From the NCBI GenBank assembly GCA_964575345.1, contig CAZNQD010000001.1:100367-164366 (forward strand): a stretch of 64,000 bases of DNA, written 5' to 3'. The DNA is from an uncultured Bacteroidales bacterium. Lineage in GTDB: Bacteria > Bacteroidota > Bacteroidia > Bacteroidales > UBA1402. Each line of letters starts with the position of its first letter. The stretch's first letter is position 1. A model generated the notes under the pieces. It was not told the DNA's origin. It saw only the letters and a list, made by a program, of their open reading frames with translations, and ran no database searches. Position numbers and translations under genes: made by a program. Positions 53,527-62,897 of this stretch are shown here, piece after piece.

Positions 53527-56370
53527 ATGAGAATAAAATTGTTTGCCCTGCTCCTGCTTTTATTTAGCCGGGTCGTCGCATTTGCGGCAGAATACAGTAT
53601 ACAATCAAAGATGTTGGACAAAGCCACCGACGGAGCTATTGAAATGGGTTCTGTCCGCTTGCTGGCTCCGGGAGATTCCAGCCTCGTTGTTGGAACCCTT
53701 AGTGATCAGGCGGGGCGTTTTACTTTATCAAAAATAAGTGTCGGAAAATATATAATGGAATGTCGTTATCTGGGTTATAAAACCGTTTACAAAGACATAG
53801 AAATCAAAGACAAATCCATCATATTACCCAATATATTCATGGAAGAAGAATCCAAACAACTGGACGAAGTACAGGTGACCGGTATGGCAGCCCAGATGAT
53901 TGTAAAAGTGGACACCATTGAATACAATGCGGCAGCTTTTAAAACGGCCGAAAACGCTGTGGTCGAAGATTTGCTCAAACGCTTGCCGGGAGTACAGATC
54001 ACCGATGGAAGCATCACTGTTAACGGTGAAAAAATATCGCGCATCAAAGTAGACGGAAAGAAATTTTTTGACGGTGATATCGAGATGACTACCAAAAACC
54101 TGACGGCCGATATGATCGACAAGATTCAGGTGGTGGACGAAAAATCGGATATGGCCAAATTAACCGGATTTGAGGATGAAAATACCGAACGCATTATCAA
54201 TTTACAATTAAAGCCCAACAGACGCAGAGGCGTTTTCGGCAACGTTAGTGCTGCCGGAGGTGCCGATATCGACAATGGATTTAATTACGACGCTTCAACC
54301 TTTTTGGACGATGACTTTCGTTACAGCGCCAATGCTTTCCTTAATATTATGTCGGCCAATGCCCAAACAGCCGTCATGGGCGGAGCCAATAATATTAACA
54401 GCAGCTTCAGCGGCAGGGGGCGTAGCTTTCGTGGCTGGGGAGGCAACAACGGCATAACCAACACTCAAAATCTTGGCCTGAACAACAACACCCAAATAAA
54501 AGAAGGCCTGATAGTTGGAGGAGACGCTTCTTACAATCATTCCACCAATCATTCCAAAACAGAAAGCTCCCGTGACAGCTGGCTGAGTGGAGACACCATC
54601 AGCAACAACGACAAGAGTGTATCCAATTCACTCAGCGACAATGCCAACCTGAGATTCGAGATGGAATGGAAACTGGACTCGTTCAATACCCTTATCGTAC
54701 AACCATCCGTTTCTTACAACCTGAACCAGACGGATAGAAATCAGGAGTACGATTATTACAACAACGGCGACAGTACCAGCTGGGGTACTTCGGACAATAT
54801 AAACAATTCAGTGAACCTGAATTCCCGATTGAATTTGATTTATAGTCATAAATCCCGTCAAAAAGCCGGTCGCTCCCTTACCTTAAATTTGGGTGGAAGC
54901 TACGGAGAGTCCAACAGCATCGGTTACAACAAGTCCACTAAAAACACACCCGATTCTATCGTAAATATTGACCAAAAGAGCCTCAATACCTCCGGTTCTT
55001 ACGGTATGAATATGCGGGCCTCTTATGTAGAACCTTTGTGGAATCTGCAGAATTTTATCGAAGCAGCCGTTTCGTTCAATTATTCCGGCCGTGATTCAGA
55101 AAAAGAACAATTCGACAACGACGGGCTCGGCAACTATCCTCTTGAAAATAAAGACCTGGAATACAGCAACTCTTTCAAAAATTACAACTTTACGCAGACA
55201 GCCGAATTGAATTACCGTTATGTCAGCCAGGTATGGAATATTATGGCAGGCTTCAGAGCAGAACCCGCCCAAACCTTTAGTTATACCACTTATGGAGACG
55301 GTACTTATTATGAAATTCCACAAAGTGTACTGAATTTTTCTCCTTCTTTGAGTGTACGCTACGTATTGGGGGAACGCAGGAATTTCATTCGCATGGAATA
55401 TCGTGGCCGTACTCAGGAGCCGTCGGTGAGCCAGATGCAGCCCGTCAAAAATAATTCTGACCTCATGAACGAAACGGTAGGTAACGCCCAATTAGTCCCC
55501 TCCTACAATCAAAACCTGAGGTTGATTATGTCCAAATACAATCCCGAAACTTTCGCTTCGTGGAATGCCACTTTATTTGGTGATGTCACCAAGGATGCTT
55601 TAGTGGCCAACAGTATTTACGATCTCAGCGGAAAACAGTACAACCAGACTGTTAATGCCGACCGCTCTCCTTTCAACCTGAATGGAAGGTTTATGTACAA
55701 TACTCCTCTGATTCCCAACCGCCTGCATTTTAACACCGGTACATCAGTCAGTTATACGGAAAGAATTGGTTATTCAAGTAGAAAAGTAAGTGATCTGGAA
55801 ATTGATAATCTGCCGCTTGGAGCCCGCAGCCTTACCAAGATTTACGGATTCAGCGAAGATTTGTCTTTGACTTTTACCCACGACATTATGGAGATAGGTG
55901 CCAGGGGCTCTTTTAGTTATAACAATTCCCTGAATAACTTAAATAATACCGAACAAACCACTCTTAACTGGTCGGGCAGCGGTAATGTGAATTTGCATTT
56001 ACCCAACAGCTTCAATATTTCGACCGATATCAGTTACAGCGATCGCTATGGTTACGCCAATTTCGACCAGACCGAAATTTTGTGGAATGCAACCATAGAC
56101 AAAACTTTCAAAAACAAATTAACCGTATCACTCACCGTAAACGATATTTTACGCCAGAGACTCAACGTCGTACAGAATTACGGAGACAACAACGTCTCTT
56201 ACAATAAATACAATACATTACCTGCCTATTTCCTGCTGAGTTTCAGCTACAAGATTCAGTCTTTCGGAGGCGGATTCAACGAAGGCGATTCAAGCACGCC
56301 TCAGCGCATGGGCCGGGGCATGGGCGGGTATAGAGGAGGCATGGGAGGTTCATTTCCTCCTGGCATGTAA
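53527..56370 (+). CDS. large outer-membrane beta-barrel protein (CarboxypepD_reg-like domain, plug-like domain, barrel; TonB-dependent-receptor-like), paralog 1
   Basis: Signal peptide. Then YSIQSKMLDK..GAIEMGSVRLL, LDEVQVTGMAAQM...VEDLLKRLPGVQI, and a long beta-rich region. Gly-rich tail. Confidence 0.75.
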   Translation: MRIKLFALLLLLFSRVVAFAAEYSIQSKMLDKATDGAIEMGSVRLLAPGDSSLVVGTLSDQAGRFTLSKISVGKYIMECRYLGYKTVYKDIEIKDKSIILPNIFMEEESKQLDEVQVTGMAAQMIVKVDTIEYNAAAFKTAENAVVEDLLKRLPGVQITDGSITVNGEKISRIKVDGKKFFDGDIEMTTKNLTADMIDKIQVVDEKSDMAKLTGFEDENTERIINLQLKPNRRRGVFGNVSAAGGADIDNGFNYDASTFLDDDFRYSANAFLNIMSANAQTAVMGGANNINSSFSGRGRSFRGWGGNNGITNTQNLGLNNNTQIKEGLIVGGDASYNHSTNHSKTESSRDSWLSGDTISNNDKSVSNSLSDNANLRFEMEWKLDSFNTLIVQPSVSYNLNQTDRNQEYDYYNNGDSTSWGTSDNINNSVNLNSRLNLIYSHKSRQKAGRSLTLNLGGSYGESNSIGYNKSTKNTPDSIVNIDQKSLNTSGSYGMNMRASYVEPLWNLQNFIEAAVSFNYSGRDSEKEQFDNDGLGNYPLENKDLEYSNSFKNYNFTQTAELNYRYVSQVWNIMAGFRAEPAQTFSYTTYGDGTYYEIPQSVLNFSPSLSVRYVLGERRNFIRMEYRGRTQEPSVSQMQPVKNNSDLMNETVGNAQLVPSYNQNLRLIMSKYNPETFASWNATLFGDVTKDALVANSIYDLSGKQYNQTVNADRSPFNLNGRFMYNTPLIPNRLHFNTGTSVSYTERIGYSSRKVSDLEIDNLPLGARSLTKIYGFSEDLSLTFTHDIMEIGARGSFSYNNSLNNLNNTEQTTLNWSGSGNVNLHLPNSFNISTDISYSDRYGYANFDQTEILWNATIDKTFKNKLTVSLTVNDILRQRLNVVQNYGDNNVSYNKYNTLPAYFLLSFSYKIQSFGGGFNEGDSSTPQRMGRGMGGYRGGMGGSFPPGM

Positions 56371-56395
56371 TTTTAGGTTTTGATTTAGGTTTTGG

Positions 56396-56430
56396 AAATG
56401 CCTCTCTGTGTTGAGAGGCATTTCTCTTTT
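56396..56430 (+). terminator. intrinsic terminator between the two barrel paralogs
   Basis: AAATGCCTCTC-tgtgtt-GAGAGGCATTT followed by CTCTTTT. Confidence 0.7.
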
Positions 56431-56534
56431 ATGTTTATTGGCATTTATTTTCATTGTTTGTTAATTGCGGAGTTAAACTATGTCTTTGCCTTTGTATCTA
56501 AGCTTGCGTTGATTATTTGTATAATTGTTTTGCG

Positions 56535-59405
56535 ATGAGATTTCTTCTTACTTCATTTATCCTGACTTTTTTTAGTCTGAGTTTATTTTCCCAATACAGT
56601 ATACAAGGCAAATTGCTTGACAAGGAAAGTGATGGACCCATTGAAATGGCCACCATCAGCCTTCTGTCTTCCAAAGATTCCAGCCTGGTAAGCGGTGCCG
56701 TGAGTGATTATGCCGGACGCTATTCTTTTTCGAAGGTAACCAAAGGGGATTACTTTATTTCCTATAAATATTTAGGCTATAAAGAAGTCTTAGTTAAAAT
56801 CGAAGTGGAAGATAAATCGCAAATACTGAAAAATGTCTATCTCGTAGAAGAAGTCACCAATCTGGATGAAGTAGAAATTAAAGGAATGGCTGCCCAAATG
56901 ATTATCAAAGGCGATACAACGGAATACAATGCTGCCGCCTTTAAGATGCAGGAAAATGCCGTAGTAGAGGATTTGTTTAAACGACTGCCCGGTTTTATGA
57001 TAGAATCCGACGGCAGCATTACGGTCAACGGAGAACGCATAGGCCGCATACGCGTCGATGGAAAGCGTTTCTTTGACGGAGACATGGAAATGATTACCAA
57101 AAATTTTACGGCCGACATGGTCGACAAAATACAGGTATTCGACGAATTGTCCGAAATGGCTCAATTGACAGGTATCGAAGACGAAAATACACAACGCATT
57201 ATCAACATCAGTTTGAAGCCCGACAGACGCAAAGGCGTTTTTGGCAATGTATCCGGAGGCCTGGGAGCGGATTTTGACCAAGGTTTACGTTACGATGAAA
57301 ACTTCTTCAGAGATGACTTCCGTTACGATGCCAATACTATGGTTAATCTGTTTAAAGAGAACATCCGTACCACAGTTACCGCGGGAGCCAACAACATCAA
57401 CTCCAGCCGCAGCGGCCGTGGACGGGGCAATCAGGGCTGGAGTGGCGGTAGCGGTATAACATCGACACAAAACATAGGCTTGAACATTAATGCCGAGCCT
57501 AAACCCCAAATGCAGATTGGAGGAAGCACCAGCTACAACCATTCTTCGAATTACGGCAAGACCGAGTCTTTTCGCGAAAGCTGGCTCAAAGACGTCACCA
57601 ACACAAACAATTCCAAATCAGGCTCCAACTCTCAAAGCAATAACGTTCATCTGGGTTTTGAAATGAGGTGGCAAATTGACTCTCTGAATACTATAGTCAT
57701 TCAACCCAGTGCTTCTTATGGACTGAATTCCAGCAACAGCCAGAGAGAATTTGATTACTACACCAACGGCGACAGTACCAGTTGGGGTGATTCCAAAAAC
57801 AACAATATGTCCGATAACCTGAATACTTCCTTGAACGTATTGTTTAGCCATCGCTCAAGCAGGAAAAAAGGCCGGGTGCTTACCTTCAATTTTAGTGGCG
57901 GGATAGCCGAAAATGAGAGTCTGGGATTCAATGAATCCAACAAATTTACCCCCGATACGGCTATTTTGTTGGACCAGAAATCGGTCAACACTTCAGATTC
58001 ATACAATCTGGGACTGAGGGCCTCCTTGGTAGAACCATTATGGGATGTACAGAACTTTTTGGAATTCAATGCTTCGGTGAATTATTCCAATCGAAATTCA
58101 TTCAGAAATCAATACGACAAGGACGAAGACGGAGAGTATACACTGTACAATGCAGAGTACAGCAATGAATTCTGGAACACCAGTTTATCACAAAATGTGG
58201 CTGTGAATTACAATTACCGGGATGAGAAATTGAATATTGTTGCCGGTGTTACAGCCTCTCCCTCTCAAACCTTCAGCTATACCGAATACGGTAACGGAGA
58301 AGTGAGAGATATCGAGAACAAAGTCTTCAATTATTCACCCAACCTGAGCGTACGTTACAACATCGGCGGTTCCCGCAGACATTATGTCAGAGTACAGTAC
58401 CGGGGCCGTTCGTCGGAACCAAGCGTATCACAAATGCAACCGGTCAAAAACAATACCAACCTGATGCGCGAAACCGTAGGAAATCCGAGCTTGCTCCCCG
58501 CTTTCAGCCATAGTCTGAACCTCAATTATTCCAAATCCAACCCGGAATCGCTGGCTTCATTCAGCACTACGCTCAGTGCCGGCATGAACAAAGACGCCCT
58601 GGTGTCCAACAGCATCTACGATGCCTCAGGCAAAGAATACAGCCAAACAGTGAATGTGGACAAAGCCCCTTTTAATTTCAATGGCAGTGTCACCTATAAC
58701 AGGCCTGTCATAAAAAACAGGCTGCATTTTCAAACCAGCACTTCGGCCGGTATGAGACAAAGTATCGGTTATTCCAGCAGAAATGTTTCCAACGATGCCA
58801 TTGATGTGGATAACCTGATCCTGGGTGACCGCAGCATTACCAACACCTACAATGCCGGTGAAAACTTGTCACTGACATTTACCCATACTATTGTCGAAGC
58901 CGGACTCAGAGGCCGTTTTAATTATTCCAGAAGTCAAAACAACCTGAATCCGGAAAGGATTCAGACCACCATCAACTGGTCAGCTAACGGGAATGTGACC
59001 CTTCACCTGCCTTACGACATAAATATTGACAACGATCTGAGTTATAGTGCCCGCCAGGGATACGCCAATTTTGACCAAAATGAATTGCTCTGGAATGCCC
59101 GGATAGACAAAGCCATCTTTAAAAAGAAATTTACCCTGCAGCTCAGAATTAATGATATTCTGAGACAAAGGCAGAACATAAGTCAAAGCATAGGTGACAA
59201 CTCAGTTTCCTATAACAAGTCGGATATGCTGACGGCGTATTACATTATCACCCTGAGTTACCGAATTAGGCAATTCGGAGGCCGGGCTGGCGGTTTCGAC
59301 CGTGGCGGGGGTGCTTCCGGAAGAGGTATGCGGAGTATGCCCGGAGGCGATTTCGAGGGTGGTTCAGGTGGCGGTAATACCGGGGGTGTTGATTTCGGAG
59401 GATAA
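56535..59405 (+). CDS. large outer-membrane beta-barrel protein, paralog 2
   Basis: Collinear with paralog 1 along its whole length. I prefer the ATG at 56535 (MRFLLTSFILTFFSLSLFS) to the track's TTG at 56517. Confidence 0.75.
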   Translation: MRFLLTSFILTFFSLSLFSQYSIQGKLLDKESDGPIEMATISLLSSKDSSLVSGAVSDYAGRYSFSKVTKGDYFISYKYLGYKEVLVKIEVEDKSQILKNVYLVEEVTNLDEVEIKGMAAQMIIKGDTTEYNAAAFKMQENAVVEDLFKRLPGFMIESDGSITVNGERIGRIRVDGKRFFDGDMEMITKNFTADMVDKIQVFDELSEMAQLTGIEDENTQRIINISLKPDRRKGVFGNVSGGLGADFDQGLRYDENFFRDDFRYDANTMVNLFKENIRTTVTAGANNINSSRSGRGRGNQGWSGGSGITSTQNIGLNINAEPKPQMQIGGSTSYNHSSNYGKTESFRESWLKDVTNTNNSKSGSNSQSNNVHLGFEMRWQIDSLNTIVIQPSASYGLNSSNSQREFDYYTNGDSTSWGDSKNNNMSDNLNTSLNVLFSHRSSRKKGRVLTFNFSGGIAENESLGFNESNKFTPDTAILLDQKSVNTSDSYNLGLRASLVEPLWDVQNFLEFNASVNYSNRNSFRNQYDKDEDGEYTLYNAEYSNEFWNTSLSQNVAVNYNYRDEKLNIVAGVTASPSQTFSYTEYGNGEVRDIENKVFNYSPNLSVRYNIGGSRRHYVRVQYRGRSSEPSVSQMQPVKNNTNLMRETVGNPSLLPAFSHSLNLNYSKSNPESLASFSTTLSAGMNKDALVSNSIYDASGKEYSQTVNVDKAPFNFNGSVTYNRPVIKNRLHFQTSTSAGMRQSIGYSSRNVSNDAIDVDNLILGDRSITNTYNAGENLSLTFTHTIVEAGLRGRFNYSRSQNNLNPERIQTTINWSANGNVTLHLPYDINIDNDLSYSARQGYANFDQNELLWNARIDKAIFKKKFTLQLRINDILRQRQNISQSIGDNSVSYNKSDMLTAYYIITLSYRIRQFGGRAGGFDRGGGASGRGMRSMPGGDFEGGSGGGNTGGVDFGG

Positions 59406-59412
59406 GGCCGGA

Positions 59413-60615
59413 TCAAAATCTCCGTTGGCTCCAGGCAAAGCCTGTAATAAATACAAAAGCAAACAGGGGAAGAATAAAGCCCAAAGCCATGCTTTGTTCG
59501 CCAATCAAACCCATTACAACGGGAAAGATGGCCCCACCAATGAGGCTCATTACGATGTAGGATGAAGCCTTTTTGGTATGTACTCCCAGACCTCTTACTC
59601 CTAAGGCAAAAATGGTAGGAAACATAATGGACATCAAAAAGAAACTCAGGTAAAGAGCGTACACCGAAACTATGCCTAATGATAAGATTACCAATACCAT
59701 ACACAGGACCGATAAAGCACCGAACAAGGCCAGCAAGGTGGAGGGTTTCATCTTTTTCATCAGCACTACGCTGCTAAGACGTCCCACCAGGAATATGCCC
59801 ATTCCACCGAAGCTGAGCAAGCGGGAAGCTTGTAAATTCGTAAGATTGTGATCCAGCTCTGTCACGTAATTGATGAAAAAACTAAAGATGCCGGTCTGGG
59901 CGCCCACATACATAAATTGGGCTATAATGGCAAGAATCAGATTCTTGTGTGACCAGATCGAAGTAGCAGGTTTTTGCAGCTGCTCCTCTCCTTCCGTAGG
60001 ATTGATTTCGGGCAGTTTGATGAAAAACAAAACCAGGCCCACCAGCAAGACAGCCAGTCCGATAACAATATATGGTTTGGAAATAGCCATATTGTCGCCC
60101 TGATCGGCTCCGAAAATCAAGGTCCCTCCAATGAGCGGCCCCAGTATCCATCCCACCCCGTTGAAAGCAGCTGCCAGATTAATGCGCTGAGCCGAAGTAG
60201 ATTCACTGCCCATAGATGTTGCATAAGGATGCGCCGCGGTTTCAATTATGCACAAGCCACAGGCAATGATAAACAAAGCGATTAAAAAATAGATGGGTAT
60301 GTGAAAGAAGGCCGCCGGAATAAAAGCAAAGGCACCCAAAGCAAACAAACTTAAACCGCTGATAATACCTCGCTTGTAGCCGACTTTATTCAACAAAAGG
60401 CCGGCCGGAATGGCCATAATAAAATAGCCGATGTAGGTCGAAAACTGAATAAAACCCGATTCAGCTTTGCTCATATTGAAAGTGCCCTGAAATTGTTTAT
60501 TGAGTACATCCAGCAAACCATGGGCTGTACCCCAAAGCAAATACAAACTGGCAATCAGAATAAATGGAATCAGGTAATTTTGGCCGCTACGGCTGGTAAA
60601 CATGTTAGTCTTCAT
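59413..60615 (-). CDS. fucP: MFS sugar:H+ symporter of the FucP / glucose-galactose family
   Basis: YLIPFILIASLYLLWG...GYFIMAIPAG...CGLCIIETAAHPY parallels E. coli FucP. I prefer the start at 60615 (MKTNMF). Confidence 0.8.
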   Translation of the reverse strand: MKTNMFTSRSGQNYLIPFILIASLYLLWGTAHGLLDVLNKQFQGTFNMSKAESGFIQFSTYIGYFIMAIPAGLLLNKVGYKRGIISGLSLFALGAFAFIPAAFFHIPIYFLIALFIIACGLCIIETAAHPYATSMGSESTSAQRINLAAAFNGVGWILGPLIGGTLIFGADQGDNMAISKPYIVIGLAVLLVGLVLFFIKLPEINPTEGEEQLQKPATSIWSHKNLILAIIAQFMYVGAQTGIFSFFINYVTELDHNLTNLQASRLLSFGGMGIFLVGRLSSVVLMKKMKPSTLLALFGALSVLCMVLVILSLGIVSVYALYLSFFLMSIMFPTIFALGVRGLGVHTKKASSYIVMSLIGGAIFPVVMGLIGEQSMALGFILPLFAFVFITGFAWSQRRF

Positions 60616-60632
60616 AGAATTTTTTAAAAGCG

Positions 60633-60640
60633 CAAATATA
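60633..60640 (-). promoter_or_regulatory. -7 box candidate (TATATTTG) for fucP
   Basis: Exact TAnnTTTG on the minus strand, 18 nt upstream of the ATG at 60615. Confidence 0.5.
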
Positions 60641-60672
60641 AGCAAAAACTGCAATCATAGCTTTTAAATAGT

Positions 60673-60680
60673 TATTTTTG
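60673..60680 (+). promoter_or_regulatory. -7 box candidate (TATTTTTG) for rlmD
   Basis: Exact TAnnTTTG. It overlaps the track's TTG start at 60678. Confidence 0.45.
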
Positions 60681-60701
60681 CAGGCAAAAATAGCATCAAC
60701 C

Positions 60702-62114
60702 TTGGCAAAAAGAAAGAAAGAACTCCCTTTGTTGGAGAATATAGAGATCGAAGCCTTTGCTGCCGAAGGCAAAGCGCTGGCAAGAGTAGATAATCTGGTG
60801 GTTTTCGTACCCTTCGCCGCTCCCGGGGATGTGGTGGACATCAGGCTCAGCCGTAAACGCAAGCAATACGCCGAAGGCCGGATTACAACCATTAAGCAGT
60901 ATTCGTCTGACAGGGCCGTACCCTTTTGTACTCATTTTGGCGTTTGCGGAGGTTGTCAGTGGCAACACCTGCCCTATCCCTCCCAATTGAAATACAAACA
61001 GCAACAGGTGCTGGATGTGTTGCAGCGAATCGCCAAAGTTGAATTACCCGAAGCCCTGCCGATTTTGGGTTCTGAAAAAGATCGCTTTTACCGCAACAAA
61101 CTGGAATATACTTTTTCGAACAAACGCTGGCGTACCACAGAAGAAATCCATTCGGCCGATGCATTCAAAAACAACGAGGCTCTGGGCTTTCATATACCCG
61201 GTATGTTTGATAAGGTGCTCGATATTGAAAAATGTTGGCTGCAAGAGGATTTTACCAATCGGGTGAGACTTTCGGTAAAGGCATTTTGCCTGGCAGAGCA
61301 AATGGATTTTTTCGATTTAAAGCTGCAGCAAGGCCTGATGCGCAATCTGATTGTGCGTACAACATCCTCCGGACAAAAAATGCTGATTGTTGTGTTCTTT
61401 CGAGACGAGGTAATGGCCCGGGAAGCATTGTTGAACCACCTCCTGAACGAATTCCCCGAAATCACCAGTCTCATTTATGTCATCAACAACAAAGCCAACG
61501 ACACTATTTTCGACCGGGAGACAGTAGTTTACCACGGCTCAGCTTATATTGTCGAAGAAATGGAGGGACTGCAATTTAAAATCGGGCCGAAATCCTTTTA
61601 CCAGACCAATTCGGAACAGGCATACCGCCTGTATTCATTAGTCAGGGAATTCGCCGGCTTGCAAGGCAATGAATTGGTCTACGATTTATATACCGGCACC
61701 GGCACCATTGCCAATTTTCTGGCCCGTCAATGCCGCAAAGTCATTGGTATCGAATACATCCCCGAAGCCATCGAAGATGCCCGGGCCAACGCCGAACTCA
61801 ACGGCATACACAATACGGCGTTTTTTGCTGCTGATGTCAAAGACCTGCTCAACGAAGCTTTTATGGCCGAATACGGCCGTCCCGATGTGCTTATTACGGA
61901 TCCTCCCCGCGCCGGCATGCACGAGGATGTGGTCAAAACCATTTTGACCGCCGCTCCGGAGCGAATCGTGTACGTAAGCTGTAATCCCGCCACTCAGGCC
62001 AGAGACCTGAGCCTGCTGGACAGCCTGTACAAAGTGGAGGCCCTGCAGGCAGTAGATATGTTTCCCCATACCCAACATGTGGAAAACGTGGTGTTGTTAA
62101 AGCGCAAAAGATAG
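60702..62114 (+). CDS. rlmD: 23S rRNA (uracil-C5)-methyltransferase RlmD/RumA family
   Basis: TRAM domain. Cys cluster CTHFGVCGGCQWQH. SAM motif DLYTGTGTI. C-terminal DMFPHTQHVE. The start is uncertain: TTG at 60702 gives (M)AKRKKELPLL, and 60678 is the alternative. Confidence 0.85.
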   Translation: MAKRKKELPLLENIEIEAFAAEGKALARVDNLVVFVPFAAPGDVVDIRLSRKRKQYAEGRITTIKQYSSDRAVPFCTHFGVCGGCQWQHLPYPSQLKYKQQQVLDVLQRIAKVELPEALPILGSEKDRFYRNKLEYTFSNKRWRTTEEIHSADAFKNNEALGFHIPGMFDKVLDIEKCWLQEDFTNRVRLSVKAFCLAEQMDFFDLKLQQGLMRNLIVRTTSSGQKMLIVVFFRDEVMAREALLNHLLNEFPEITSLIYVINNKANDTIFDRETVVYHGSAYIVEEMEGLQFKIGPKSFYQTNSEQAYRLYSLVREFAGLQGNELVYDLYTGTGTIANFLARQCRKVIGIEYIPEAIEDARANAELNGIHNTAFFAADVKDLLNEAFMAEYGRPDVLITDPPRAGMHEDVVKTILTAAPERIVYVSCNPATQARDLSLLDSLYKVEALQAVDMFPHTQHVENVVLLKRKR

Positions 62115-62126
62115 GCAATACACTGC

Positions 62127-62897
62127 TCAGTGGCGGTGACGCAGCGCTTCGTACATCAGAATGCCGCCCGCCACGGAAACATTGAGCGAAGCAATGTCTC
62201 CCAACACCGGAATTTGTACGATTTCATCGCAGAGCGACAAATGTATCGGAGCAATGCCTTGATCTTCGGCCCCCAGAATCAAAGCCATAGGGCCAGAATA
62301 ATCGGCATCCCTGTAGTTTTTATCAGCCTTTTCGCTGGCCCCGATCAGTTTTAGGCCCGATAGTTTCAAAAAACGCAGGCTTTCTTTCAGATTGCGCTCC
62401 CGGCAAACCGGTAAATGATACAAAGCACCGGCCGAAGTTTTGATGGCATCGGCATTGACACTTACACTGCCGGTCTGGGGCAATATTACGGCGTGAACGC
62501 CCGCGCAGGCACAACTGCGGGCAATGGCACCAAAGTTGCGAACGTCGGTAATACCGTCCAGTACCACCACAAAAGGCATAATGCCCTGATCATAAAGGCT
62601 GGGAATCAGCTGATCCAGACGTTGATAAGTGATGGGAGAAATAAAAGCCACCACTCCCTGATGGTTCTTGGAACTCAGGTGCATTAATTTTTCCTGGGGA
62701 ACCCGCTGAACCGGAATCTCATAGCCTTTGAGGACTTCGCTGAGTTCACGCGAAAGATCGCCTTCCAGATTTTTACGTATCCAGATTTTGTCGATTTCTT
62801 TGCCGGCATTGAGCGCTTCCATTACAGCCCTGATGCCGAAAACCATGTCACTGCCGCCCCCCTGGGGACGTTTTCTGATGTTAAACTGATTATTCAT
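62127..62897 (-). CDS. rlmB: 23S rRNA (guanosine-2'-O)-methyltransferase RlmB (SpoU/TrmH family)
   Basis: GIRAVMEAL start region. NFGAIARSCACAGV, LILGAEDQGI and SLNVSVAGGILMYE SpoU motifs. Confidence 0.85.
   Translation of the reverse strand: MNNQFNIRKRPQGGGSDMVFGIRAVMEALNAGKEIDKIWIRKNLEGDLSRELSEVLKGYEIPVQRVPQEKLMHLSSKNHQGVVAFISPITYQRLDQLIPSLYDQGIMPFVVVLDGITDVRNFGAIARSCACAGVHAVILPQTGSVSVNADAIKTSAGALYHLPVCRERNLKESLRFLKLSGLKLIGASEKADKNYRDADYSGPMALILGAEDQGIAPIHLSLCDEIVQIPVLGDIASLNVSVAGGILMYEALRHRH

Noticed and set aside
59258-59704. ORFs 59258-59704 (-) and 59302-59565 (+) at the junction of barrel paralog 2 and fucP.
   Set aside because: They overlap the 3' ends of two confidently called convergent genes. 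The Pro/Gly-rich translation is just the antisense of the Gly-rich tail.
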